Assembly (NCBI GenBank): GCA_039917665.1
Contig: JBDSJB010000116.1
Location: forward strand, 1-56,621
Length of the DNA stretch: 56,621 nt
Origin: Candidatus Binatia bacterium
Lineage (GTDB): Bacteria; Desulfobacterota; Binatia; UTPRO1
Direction of reading: 5' to 3'
Every line of letters starts with the position of its first letter. The first letter of the stretch is position 1. The notes beneath the pieces were generated by a model. That model worked only from the letters and a program-made list of their open reading frames with translations, had not been told where the DNA came from and did not search any database. Positions 27,239 through 36,475 of this stretch are shown piece by piece. The position numbers were made by a program, and so were the translations under genes.

Positions 27239-29257
27239 ATGCGCGCCGCGACCCCCACCGCGACCGTTCTCCTCGTGCTCGGCCTCTGTCTCGACGCCGT
27301 GCCGACGCACGCCGCCGTCATCACGATCGTCAACCGCGACGCCGCCGGCATCGGCATGAACGACCCGGCGGTGCGCGTCCCCGTCGGCGGCAACACCGCC
27401 ACGACGCTCGGTACGCAGCGTCTCGCCGCGCTCCAATTCGCTGCCGACATCTGGGGCGCCCATCTGGCAAGCGCCATCGAGATTCGCGTCGGCGCCACGT
27501 TCATCGACCAGTTCTGCGACGGTTTCTCCGCCACGCTCGGCAGCGCCGGGCCGACCGCGGGCTTCTTCGACTTCGCGGGCGCGCCGCTCGGTGACACGCT
27601 CTACCCCGCCGCCCTCGCCGACAAGCTCGCCGGCACCGACCTCGATCCCGGCGCGGACGACATTCGCGCCCGCTTCAACATCGCGCTCGGCGCCGGCGGC
27701 GACTGCACCCTCGACTTCTATCTCGGTCTCGACGCCAACCCGCCGTCCGGCATCGACATCGACCTCGTCGCGGTCGCGCTCCACGAGCTCGGGCACGGTC
27801 TCGGCTTCGTGCCGTTCTTCAACGTGTCGACCGGCGCAGAAACCATCGGGTTGGACGACGTCTACGAGCTTGGCCTGGAGCAACACGGCTTCGGCCCCCT
27901 CGCCCCGATGTCCAACGCCGGCCGCCAGGCGGCGGCGAAGGACGACGGCGATCTGCACTTCGTCGGCCCGACGGTGATCGCGGCGCTCGGTGCCCTCACT
28001 GGAGGCGTCTCTGGCGGTCACGTCCAGATGTACGCCCCGACGACGCTGACCCCCGGCTCGTCGGTGTCGCACTTCGACACCGACGTGACGCCGAGCGAGC
28101 TGATGGAGCCGTTCTACGCCGGCCCCAAGCACACGCCCGGCCTCGCGTTCCTCCTGCTCTGCGACCTCGGCTGGGGCCCGTGCGGCACGTGCGGCGACGG
28201 CAACATCGATCCGAACGAGACCTGCGACGACGGTGACGCGAACGGCGGCGACGGCTGCTCCAACTTCTGTCGCATCGAAGCGTGTTACGACTGCACGGGC
28301 GAACCGTCGGTTTGTACGCCCGTGGCCGATACGACGCCCTGCAACGATGGCTCGGCCTGCACGCAAACCGACACGTGCCAGAGCGGTGTCTGCACCGGCA
28401 CCGACCCGGTCACCTGCAGCGCGAGCGATCAGTGCCACGACGTGGGCACCTGCAATCCCGCGAACGGCGGCTGCTCGAATCCCGCGAAGGCCGAAGGCGC
28501 GTCGTGTGACGACGGCGAGAGCTGCAGCGGCCCCGACACCTGTGCTGCCGGGGTGTGCAGCGGCCTGCCGAACTGCATCGACCCGTTCCTCTGCTACAAG
28601 GGCAAGCCGTCGAAGCTCGACACCTCGTTCGTCTCGCCGCCGACGACGAACCTGGTCGACGAGCTCGAGACCCTGAACGTCACCGTCGTGAAGCCACGGG
28701 GACTCTGCACCCCCGCCGAGCTGAACGGCGATCCGGTCACCGACGCCGCCACCCATCTCGAGAGCTATCCGGTCAAAGTCATCAAAGGTCAGCCGAGGCA
28801 CGTGAAGCACACGGCGCTCGTCCGGAACGCGCTCGGCAGCATCATCCTCCAGACGCAGAAGCCGGTGTTCCTGCTCGTCCCGACCAACAAGAGCCTCGTG
28901 GCCGACCCGCCGTTGACGGGCGCGATCGAGGTCGACCACTACAAGTGTTACAGCGTGAAGATCGCGTCCGGGACCGTCAAGTTTCCGAAGGGCGTCACCG
29001 TCACGCTCGCCGATCAGTTCATCGCGACGGCGCAGACGTTCGTCGTGAAGAAGCCGACCCACCTCTGCACACCGGTCGACAAGAACGGCGAAGGCCTCAC
29101 CCATGGGCTCGTGCATCAGCTCTGCTACTCGGTGAGGCCGACGGTGAAGAATCCGACGCACCCCGCCCTCTTCCTGCACACGCAGTTCGGGGCCGAGCGC
29201 TTCGACGCGACCAAGGAAGAACGGATCTGCGTTCCCTCGTTGCAGACCGCGCCGTGA
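27239..29257 (+). CDS. secreted HExxH metallopeptidase-like protein with myxococcus-type cysteine-rich repeat and tandem C-terminal modules
   Basis: Part of ORF 27044..29257. Start at ATG 27239 (MRAATPTATVLLVLGLCLDAVPTHAAV is a signal peptide). It carries VAVALHELGHGLGF and GSSVSHFD...ELMEP, then CGTCGDGNIDPNETCDDGDANGGDGCSNFC, then a Cys-rich stalk. Two repeats of about 105 aa follow, carrying FLCYKG/HLESYPV and HYKCYSV/HQLCYSV plus LCTP motifs. Confidence 0.75.
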   Translation: MRAATPTATVLLVLGLCLDAVPTHAAVITIVNRDAAGIGMNDPAVRVPVGGNTATTLGTQRLAALQFAADIWGAHLASAIEIRVGATFIDQFCDGFSATLGSAGPTAGFFDFAGAPLGDTLYPAALADKLAGTDLDPGADDIRARFNIALGAGGDCTLDFYLGLDANPPSGIDIDLVAVALHELGHGLGFVPFFNVSTGAETIGLDDVYELGLEQHGFGPLAPMSNAGRQAAAKDDGDLHFVGPTVIAALGALTGGVSGGHVQMYAPTTLTPGSSVSHFDTDVTPSELMEPFYAGPKHTPGLAFLLLCDLGWGPCGTCGDGNIDPNETCDDGDANGGDGCSNFCRIEACYDCTGEPSVCTPVADTTPCNDGSACTQTDTCQSGVCTGTDPVTCSASDQCHDVGTCNPANGGCSNPAKAEGASCDDGESCSGPDTCAAGVCSGLPNCIDPFLCYKGKPSKLDTSFVSPPTTNLVDELETLNVTVVKPRGLCTPAELNGDPVTDAATHLESYPVKVIKGQPRHVKHTALVRNALGSIILQTQKPVFLLVPTNKSLVADPPLTGAIEVDHYKCYSVKIASGTVKFPKGVTVTLADQFIATAQTFVVKKPTHLCTPVDKNGEGLTHGLVHQLCYSVRPTVKNPTHPALFLHTQFGAERFDATKEERICVPSLQTAP

Positions 29258-29276
29258 GGACCTATCTGACGCGGGC

Positions 29277-30512
29277 GTGCGCTCCGTCGACCTGACCGAC
29301 CTCGATCGCTTCGCCGCGGGGTTTCCGCACGACGTGTTCACGCGCCTGCGGCGCGAGGCGCCCGTGTGGTTCCATCCGCCGACGGCGCACACGCCGGGCG
29401 GCGAGGGCTTCTGGGTCGTGAGCCGCTACGCCGACGTCATGACCGTCGCGACCGACGCGCGGACGTTCTCGTCGGACCGCGGGGGCACACGAGAAGGCGG
29501 CGGGACGCTCATCGAGGACCTGCCCGCCGGCTTCGCGACCGGCGTGCTCCTCAACATGATGGACGATCCTCGCCATCAGCGCTTCCGCCGACTCGCGACG
29601 GGTACCGTGTCGCCACGTGCGCTCGCCGCGCGCGAGGACGAGCTGCGCACCCGGACGGCGGCCATCACCGACGCGGCCGTCGCCCGCGGCGGCTGCGACT
29701 TCCTGCTCGACGTCGCCGCCGAGCTACCGTTGCAGGCAGTCGCCCGCCCGCTCGGCGTGCCGCAGGACGATCGGCATCGCCTCTTCGCCTGGGCCAACGC
29801 GATCCTCGACTACGACGGCCGCGACCTCGGCGAGATCACCACCCGCACCCAGGAGGCGCAAGCCGCGATGTTCGAGTACGGCACCTGGCTGATCGCCGAG
29901 AAGCGCCGCGCCCCGGCCGACGACATGCTGTCGGCCGTCGTCCACGGCACCATCGCCGACGATACCGGCACTGCCACCCCCCCGACCGAGCTCGAGCTCC
30001 TCATGTTCTTCAACCTCCTGATCGCCGCCGGCAGCGAGACGACGCGGAACTCACTCGCCGTCGGATTGCTCGCACTGATCGCGCACCCCGCCGCCTGGAA
30101 CGATCTGCGAGTGGATCGCGCGCTCATGCCGACCGCGGTCGAGGAAATCCTGCGTTGGGCCTCGAGCACCGCCTACAACCGCCGCACCGCCGCGTGCGAC
30201 ACGATCCTCGCCGAGCAGTCGATCGCCGCCGGTGACAAGGTCACGCTCTGGTGGGCGTCGGCGAACCGGGACGAGGACGTGTTTCCCGAGCCCTTCCGCT
30301 TCGACGTGCGGCGCCAGCCGAACCGCCACCTGGCGTTCGGGCACGGCAACCACTTCTGTCTCGGCGCCGTCCTCGCCCGCTTGGAGATCCGTCTCGTGCT
30401 GGACGCGCTCCTCGATCGCGTGGCGACGTGCGCGCTCGCCGGTCCGGTCGAATGGACCCGCAGCAACAAGCACACCGGCGTTCGCCACATGCCGATCACG
30501 TTTGCATCTTGA
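29277..30512 (+). CDS. cytochrome P450 (CYP125/CYP142-like clade by N-terminal resemblance)
   Basis: GTG start. DLTDLDRFAAGFPHDVFTRLRREAPVWFHP..., AGSETTRN (I-helix), EEILRW (ExxR), and heme loop FGHGNHFCLGAVLARLE. Confidence 0.95.
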   Translation: MRSVDLTDLDRFAAGFPHDVFTRLRREAPVWFHPPTAHTPGGEGFWVVSRYADVMTVATDARTFSSDRGGTREGGGTLIEDLPAGFATGVLLNMMDDPRHQRFRRLATGTVSPRALAAREDELRTRTAAITDAAVARGGCDFLLDVAAELPLQAVARPLGVPQDDRHRLFAWANAILDYDGRDLGEITTRTQEAQAAMFEYGTWLIAEKRRAPADDMLSAVVHGTIADDTGTATPPTELELLMFFNLLIAAGSETTRNSLAVGLLALIAHPAAWNDLRVDRALMPTAVEEILRWASSTAYNRRTAACDTILAEQSIAAGDKVTLWWASANRDEDVFPEPFRFDVRRQPNRHLAFGHGNHFCLGAVLARLEIRLVLDALLDRVATCALAGPVEWTRSNKHTGVRHMPITFAS

Positions 30513-30604
30513 TCCGGCCCCTCGCTTGATCCGACATCGCCACGCTGGGACACTCCAGCCGTGACGTTTCCGCTGAGGCTCCCCGTCTGACCGAATCGCT
30601 GCGC

Positions 30605-32965
30605 TTGGTGCTCTGGCTGTCGGTGGCGATGGGCGTCGCCTATCTCGCCGCCTGGCGCTTTCCCGGCCTCGTGATCCGTTGGCGCCGCACCGTGCTCGCA
30701 GCGATCGCGCTCCTCACCGCCGCCTCGGTCTTCGCGGTGGCGCACCCGAACAGCCCGGGCGGCGGCATCCGTCTCGATCCGTCGGAAGAGCCGCTGCTGC
30801 CGGTCGGCGACCCGTCGCGCGAGGTCTACGCCGACGCGGTCCGCAACTTCGGCGACGACGACGTCATGGTGATCGGCATGGACACCGACGACGGGGTCTT
30901 CACCGTGGACGCGCTGACGGCCTTGCAGCGCATCACGGTGCACATCCGCCGGCTCCCCGGCGTGCGCGCCACCGACAGCCTGATCGACGCCACCGCGTTC
31001 CGCTACGACGCCGCCGACGACCTGCTCTCCGTCGAGCCCTTCATCGACGTCGTGCCGACCGACGCCGAGGCCCTCACCCGCCTGCGCACGCACGCGCTCG
31101 CCGATCGCCTGTATCCGAAGACCGTCGTGTCGCGCGACGGGCATACCGCCGCCATCAACGTCTCCTTCCGCACCATGACCGACGGCGAGTTCGTGGCTGC
31201 CGGCCTCGACGACGCGGTCGACGAGATCCTCGCCGCGGAGACCACTCCCGGCCGGCGCTTCTTCGTCACCGGCCGGCAGCACGTGAAGGCGCGCGCCGCC
31301 GACGTCATGGTGCACGACGTGTTCCGATTGATCCCGCTCGCGGTCGCCGTCGGCGCCGGCGTCGCGTGGCTGATCACGGGATCGTTCCGCGCCGCGGCCG
31401 TGCCCGTCGGCGCGAGCTTGATCGCGACCCTCTGGACCTTCGGGGTGCTGGCAGCGTCGGGGCAAGCGCTGAACCTCATCACCATCATCCTCGGTCCGAT
31501 GCTGATCTGCGTCGGCAGCGTCTACGGGGTCCACGTCCTCGCGCGTTACGACGTGCTCGCCGGTGAGCTCGGCGACACGCGCCGCGCCGCGACCGAGTGC
31601 ATCGCCGACGTGGTGCTGCCCGTCATGATCTCGGGCGTCACCACCATCATCGGGTTTGCCGCGCTCCTGGTCTCGGCGCAGCCGGCGATCCGCGAGTTCG
31701 CGAGCTACTCGGTGCTCGGGGTCTCGGCGATGTCGCTCGTCGCCGTCATGGGCGTCCCGGCCCTGCTGTCGTTGCTGCCGGTCCCGCCGACGACGCGTGC
31801 CGCCGACGGCAATCTGGCGGCGCGCTTCAGCCGCTGGCTCGGTCACACCATCGACCGCTTCCTCGACGCGACCGGCACGTTCGCCACGACGCACCCGATG
31901 CCGATCCTCGTCGCCTGGACGCTGATGACGCTCGCCTCCGCCGCGGCGATCCCGTTCATCGTCGTCGATACCGACTACCTGAGCTTCTTCGACGCGCGCT
32001 CTGACGTCCGACGCGACTTCGCTCGCGCCAGCGACCGGTTGGTCGGCGCCGTCCCGACCTATCTGACGCTGAACGGGACGGGCGAAGGCGCGTTCCGCGA
32101 GCCCGTGAATCTGCAAGCGCTCGAACGCCTGCAGCGGCTCGTCGACCAGGTTCCGGGCGTGAGCGCGACGCTCTCCGTCGTCGACTTGCTGGCGATCATG
32201 CACCGCGCGACGGAACGCGACGATCCCGCCGCGGAGCGCCTGCCGGACACCCGGAACGAGATCGCGGACCTGATGTTCATGATTCCGAAGAACAAGCTCC
32301 GCCGCTTCGCCAACGCCAACCACAGCCGCGTCAACTTGCTCGTGCGCACCGCGGAGAGCGGCTCGGCCGAGGTCGCCGCGTTACGGCACCGCCTCGAGGA
32401 CGCAATCAGCGCGGCGCACCTGCCTGCCGACGTCACACCGGTCATCACCGGCAACACCATCGTTTTCACCCAGGCCTCGGACGGTATCGCCGGCAACCAG
32501 CTCACCTCGATGGCGCTGACCGCGGCCACGATCCTCGTGCTCGTCTGGGTATCGTTCCGGTCGCTCCGGGTCGGGTTGGTGGCGATGGCACCGAACGTCG
32601 CACCGGTCGTGGTGTTCTTCGGCCTGCTCGGGGCCGGACTCGCCGACCTGTCGTTGCCGACGAGCCTGATCGGCTCGGTCGCGCTCGGCATCGCCATCGA
32701 CGACACGTCGCACTTCATCGTCAACTATCAGCGCATTCGCGAGCGCGGTGTCGCCTCCGCCGCCGCGGCGGCGCAGTGCCTGCGCGAGCTCGGCACCCCG
32801 ATCGTGACGACGGCGTTGATGCTAACGACCGGCTACCTCGTGTTGATGCTCTCCGGCTTCGCGACGCTCCGCCAGTTCGGCTGGCTCTCGGCGCTCACCA
32901 TCCAGATCTGCCTGTGGGGCGACCTGTTGATGCTACCGGCGCTGCTGACGCGCGTCCGCGTCTGA
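30605..32965 (+). CDS. RND-superfamily exporter of the MMPL/HpnN-like type (two 6-TM halves)
   Basis: 786 aa with two hydrophobic blocks separated by soluble domains. ...GDDDVMVIGMDTDDGVFTVDALTALQRIT... and ...GIAIDDTSHFIVNY... TTG start is uncertain. Confidence 0.85.
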   Translation: MVLWLSVAMGVAYLAAWRFPGLVIRWRRTVLAAIALLTAASVFAVAHPNSPGGGIRLDPSEEPLLPVGDPSREVYADAVRNFGDDDVMVIGMDTDDGVFTVDALTALQRITVHIRRLPGVRATDSLIDATAFRYDAADDLLSVEPFIDVVPTDAEALTRLRTHALADRLYPKTVVSRDGHTAAINVSFRTMTDGEFVAAGLDDAVDEILAAETTPGRRFFVTGRQHVKARAADVMVHDVFRLIPLAVAVGAGVAWLITGSFRAAAVPVGASLIATLWTFGVLAASGQALNLITIILGPMLICVGSVYGVHVLARYDVLAGELGDTRRAATECIADVVLPVMISGVTTIIGFAALLVSAQPAIREFASYSVLGVSAMSLVAVMGVPALLSLLPVPPTTRAADGNLAARFSRWLGHTIDRFLDATGTFATTHPMPILVAWTLMTLASAAAIPFIVVDTDYLSFFDARSDVRRDFARASDRLVGAVPTYLTLNGTGEGAFREPVNLQALERLQRLVDQVPGVSATLSVVDLLAIMHRATERDDPAAERLPDTRNEIADLMFMIPKNKLRRFANANHSRVNLLVRTAESGSAEVAALRHRLEDAISAAHLPADVTPVITGNTIVFTQASDGIAGNQLTSMALTAATILVLVWVSFRSLRVGLVAMAPNVAPVVVFFGLLGAGLADLSLPTSLIGSVALGIAIDDTSHFIVNYQRIRERGVASAAAAAQCLRELGTPIVTTALMLTTGYLVLMLSGFATLRQFGWLSALTIQICLWGDLLMLPALLTRVRV

Positions 32966-32974
32966 TCGCGGCGG

Positions 32975-33850
32975 CTACGACCGGCGTTCGAGCGCGGATG
33001 GGCTGAAATCCGCGTCGGGGAGCTTCGGATTGGGATCGACGGTCTCGAGCGTGACGGTCGACTTCGTGTCTTCGAGCAGGTCGGTCATGGTCGACTCCGT
33101 CGGCACCCACACGCCGTCGTAGACCTTGAGCGACGCCCGCGGTGAGCGCAGCTCCTTCACCTCGACGCCGACGTCGTCCCAGTAGCGTGTCCGCAGCGGG
33201 ACGTAGTGCTCTTTCTCGATCATCGTGACGCTGCGGGAGTACTTGGAGCGGCTCTCCTTCAGCATCTTTGACTCGACCACGTAGCAGGGCACGCCGTCGA
33301 GATTCTCGTCGGGCAGACGGTGGTAGGTCGCATGCTCCAGATCGTCGAGCGTGGTGAGGAAATCGTCGAAGCTGAAGTCCGTGCCGGCGACGTTCTGGCC
33401 GCGCATGTTCGCCCGCGCGGCGCGCTTCCGCATCGGCGAGTAGATGAATTGGTCGTCGGGCCGATCGTTCCGGTGGATGTAGAGGTACCCGGTGTTTTCG
33501 AGGTCACGCGGCCCGGTGAGCGTGATCAAGACCTTCGCATAGACACCGTCGGTCGCCTCGTCGGCCTCGTTCCGGTAGTCCTTCGCCCGCATCACGAAGC
33601 GGGTCTCCTGCGGATTGCCCGCCGGGTCGCGCGAAAGAATGTGGCCGGTTTGGACCACCGTCCGCAGCCGCTGGCGGTTCTTGAATAGGCGGTCGTAGAT
33701 CTCGCGGCCGCCGAGCTCGGCACCTGGCGGCAGGACGTCTTCGACCTCACGCTGGTTCGGCGTGGCGACGGCCCGCTCGGGCGCCGTCGCTGCTGCGACC
33801 GTGCTCGCCAACGCGAGCACGGTGCACATCGCCCCGATCAGGCGAGGCAA
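32975..33850 (-). CDS. outer-membrane lipoprotein-sorting (LolA-like) protein
   Basis: Part of ORF 32975..34234(-). Start at TTG 33850 (MPRLIGAMCTVLALASTVAAATA) or ATG 33829. ...DDQFIYSPMRKRAARANMRGQNVAGTDFSFDDFL...DGVPCYVVESK... matches my recollection of the LolA_like family that accompanies RND exporters. Confidence 0.7.
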   Translation of the reverse strand: MPRLIGAMCTVLALASTVAAATAPERAVATPNQREVEDVLPPGAELGGREIYDRLFKNRQRLRTVVQTGHILSRDPAGNPQETRFVMRAKDYRNEADEATDGVYAKVLITLTGPRDLENTGYLYIHRNDRPDDQFIYSPMRKRAARANMRGQNVAGTDFSFDDFLTTLDDLEHATYHRLPDENLDGVPCYVVESKMLKESRSKYSRSVTMIEKEHYVPLRTRYWDDVGVEVKELRSPRASLKVYDGVWVPTESTMTDLLEDTKSTVTLETVDPNPKLPDADFSPSALERRS

Positions 33851-33858
33851 TCGTCCGG

Positions 33859-34779
33859 CTACTCGGTCCCCCACTCGATTCCGTCCAACGAGGTATCCAC
33901 GACGCGATTGCTCCCGACCGCCACGTAGCGATCGTCGCCGCCGAAGGCTACGCCCGCGAGAATCTGCGTGGTGTGCGATATCCGCTGGGTGAGACCGTCG
34001 CCGTTCGGCGAGGTGGCGATCACGCCGCCCGCGCCCACGATCACGACCAACCCCTTGGCGAACACGAGATCGTTCAGCGTCGAGAAATTGGAGAAGTTCT
34101 CGCGCCGGACGCTCCACGTGAGGCCGTCGTTCGAGGTCGCGATCGCACCGACGAAGCCGACCGCTATGAACCGACCGGCGACGAAGCGGACGCGGTTGAA
34201 GCCCTCGCCGCCCGGCGACCCGACCGACGTCCACGACGTCGCATCCGTCGACGTGAGGATCGTGCCCCCCTCCCCGACCGCGACGAAACGATCGCCGCCG
34301 AAGGTGACCCCGCGGAGCGCGCGGGCGGTTCCCGAGGATTGCGCCTGCCAGCTCCGGCCGTCGGATGAGGTGAGAATCGTCCCGACGTAACCGACGGCGA
34401 CGTAGCGGCCATCCTGAAACGTGATGTCTTGGAGCGATGCGCCGGTCGGGACACTCTGTGGCGTCCAGCCGAGCGCATCGGGCGACGTCAGCACGGTGCC
34501 GGAGTCGCCGACGGCGACGTACTGCCCGCCCCCGAAGACGACGCCGTTCAGCGTCGCCTCGACTCCCGAGTCCTGCCGCTGAAAGTCCTGCCCTCCCCCG
34601 GAGGTCTCGACGAGGCCTTCGGAGCCGACCGCGACGAATTGTCCGTTCCCGAACGTCAGACCGCGGTAGCCGATGTCGTTGTTGTCACTGCTGCTGCCCC
34701 CGCCACACGCCGCGAGCAACGCCGACGCCAGCAATAGCGCGCCCCAAAGTCCCTCATGCGTTCCCCGCGATCCTCGCAT
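33859..34779 (-). CDS. beta-propeller lipoprotein (BNR/Ycf48-like repeats)
   Basis: Start at ATG 34779, with AAGGAG upstream. Lipobox is LLAAC. About 7 repeats follow the form G(Q/R)(F/Y)VAVG..GTILTS.D(G/A)..W. Confidence 0.75.
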   Translation of the reverse strand: MRGSRGTHEGLWGALLLASALLAACGGGSSSDNNDIGYRGLTFGNGQFVAVGSEGLVETSGGGQDFQRQDSGVEATLNGVVFGGGQYVAVGDSGTVLTSPDALGWTPQSVPTGASLQDITFQDGRYVAVGYVGTILTSSDGRSWQAQSSGTARALRGVTFGGDRFVAVGEGGTILTSTDATSWTSVGSPGGEGFNRVRFVAGRFIAVGFVGAIATSNDGLTWSVRRENFSNFSTLNDLVFAKGLVVIVGAGGVIATSPNGDGLTQRISHTTQILAGVAFGGDDRYVAVGSNRVVDTSLDGIEWGTE

Positions 34780-34838
34780 CCGTGTGCTCCTTTCGTCCGC
34801 CACCGATCCGCTCAAATTTCACATGTGGGCCGCCGTGG

Positions 34839-36008
34839 CTAGCTGCGCCGTGTGGCGGCGCGCGCGGCTTCGTAGACGATCCGCAGCGGCACGTCGTTTC
34901 GTGTCGCCGCGGCCCGACAACTTTCGTACTCGGGCGTCACGAGCTCGGGCGTTGCGTCACCGCCCGCGATCTGTACCACGATGGTGCCGTACGGCGTCGC
35001 GACCTCGGCACTCCGGCGCGCGACCTTCCAGCGCGTGACCCCATGCGCACGGATGCCGATCGTCGTCGTCTCTGCGAAGAGGACGGCCGTGACGGCGTCG
35101 CGCCGCTCGGGCGCGACGAGCACCTGCAGGATCACACCGGGTCGCCCCTTCTTCATGTGCACGGGCGTCAGCGTGACGTCGACGGCGCCGGCCTCGAAGA
35201 GCCGCGCCATTGCGTGCTCGTAGAGCTCGGGATTCATGTCGTCGATGTTGCACTCGACGACGACCATCTCGTCGGTCGCGAGCGCCGCCGGCAAGAGCGC
35301 CTCGCCGAGCAGGATGCGAAGCACGTTTGGCCGGTCCGCGAGCTGGCGCGTCCCCGCGCCGTAGCCGACGCGGACGAGCCGTACCGGCGGCGGTGGCGCC
35401 GACACGGCGCCGAGCCCACGCAGAATGGCGGCCCCGGTCGGCGTCACCATCTCGCCCTCGCCGTCCCCGTGGCGGACGGCAAAATCCCGGAGCAGCTCGA
35501 CCGTGGCCGGTGCCGGGATCGGCAAGGCCCCGTGACGGCTCGCAACGACGCCCCGTCCGAGCGGTAGCGCAGATACGTAAAATCCCGTGATCCCGAGCGC
35601 CTCGATGCCGAACGCCGCGCCGACTACGTCGGCGATCGCGTCGGCGCTGCCGACCTCGTGGAAGTGCACGTCGTCGGCCGCGACGCCGTGGATGCGGCCC
35701 TCGGCTTCGGCGAGGACCCGAAACGTCGCGAGCGCCCGCGCGCGGACGGCCTCAGCGAGCGGCGCCTGGTCGAGAATGGCGCGAATGGCCGCGAACCTCC
35801 GCTCAGCGGGCGCTTCCGTGGTCGTGACCACGAACTTCGTGGCCGCGACACCGCCCACCGTGCGGCGCTCCACGGCGATTCGGAGATCGGGAAGCCCGAG
35901 ACCGTCGATCGCCGTCTGGAGGCCGTCGAACGGCACGCCCAGGTCGAGCAACGCCCCGACCGTCATGTCGCCGCTGATGCCGGAGAACGCATCGAAGTAG
36001 GCCTGCAC
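34839..36008 (-). CDS. larC: nickel-pincer cofactor biosynthesis protein LarC (nickel insertion, DUF111)
   Basis: MQAYFDAFSGISGDMTVGALLDLGVP...VHFHEVGSADAIADVVGAAFGIEALG... Confidence 0.9.
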   Translation of the reverse strand: MQAYFDAFSGISGDMTVGALLDLGVPFDGLQTAIDGLGLPDLRIAVERRTVGGVAATKFVVTTTEAPAERRFAAIRAILDQAPLAEAVRARALATFRVLAEAEGRIHGVAADDVHFHEVGSADAIADVVGAAFGIEALGITGFYVSALPLGRGVVASRHGALPIPAPATVELLRDFAVRHGDGEGEMVTPTGAAILRGLGAVSAPPPPVRLVRVGYGAGTRQLADRPNVLRILLGEALLPAALATDEMVVVECNIDDMNPELYEHAMARLFEAGAVDVTLTPVHMKKGRPGVILQVLVAPERRDAVTAVLFAETTTIGIRAHGVTRWKVARRSAEVATPYGTIVVQIAGGDATPELVTPEYESCRAAATRNDVPLRIVYEAARAATRRS

Positions 36009-36103
36009 GTCGGGCTCCTAGCGTGGCGTCTCGCACCCCGCAAGGTCGCGCGTTGCAGCGTTTTTTGGCTGTGCTACGTTCTCCCGACTTCGAGCGACAA
36101 CGG

Positions 36104-36475
36104 ATGCGTGAACGCGAGCTCAAGCACTTTCAGAACCTCCTGCAAGAAAAGCTGGACGAGCTCCTGCGTGAAGCCGACCGTACGGTCGACGTCATGACCG
36201 ACGCGAAGGCCGAGAACTTTCCCGATCCGACCGACCGCGCCTCCCTCGAATCGAACCGCAACTTCACGCTCCGCATCCGCGATCGCGAGCGCAAGCTGAT
36301 CAGCAAGATCAAGGAAGCGCTCGGCCGAATCGACGACGGGAGCTACGGAAAGTGCGAGGAGTGCGAGGAGAACATCAGCCACCCACGGCTCGAAGCGCGT
36401 CCGGTCACCACCCTCTGCATCGACTGTAAGTCTCTGCAGGAAGCGCAGGAAAAGAAGCTCAAGGGTCAGGTCTAA
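36104..36475 (+). CDS. dksA: RNA polymerase-binding transcription factor DksA
   Basis: Part of ORF 36023..36475. Start at ATG 36104 (MRERELKHFQNLLQEK...). It carries DPTDRASLESNRNFTLRIRDRERKLISKIKEAL and the zinc finger GSYGKCEECEENISHPRLEARPVTTLCIDC. Confidence 0.9.
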   Translation: MRERELKHFQNLLQEKLDELLREADRTVDVMTDAKAENFPDPTDRASLESNRNFTLRIRDRERKLISKIKEALGRIDDGSYGKCEECEENISHPRLEARPVTTLCIDCKSLQEAQEKKLKGQV

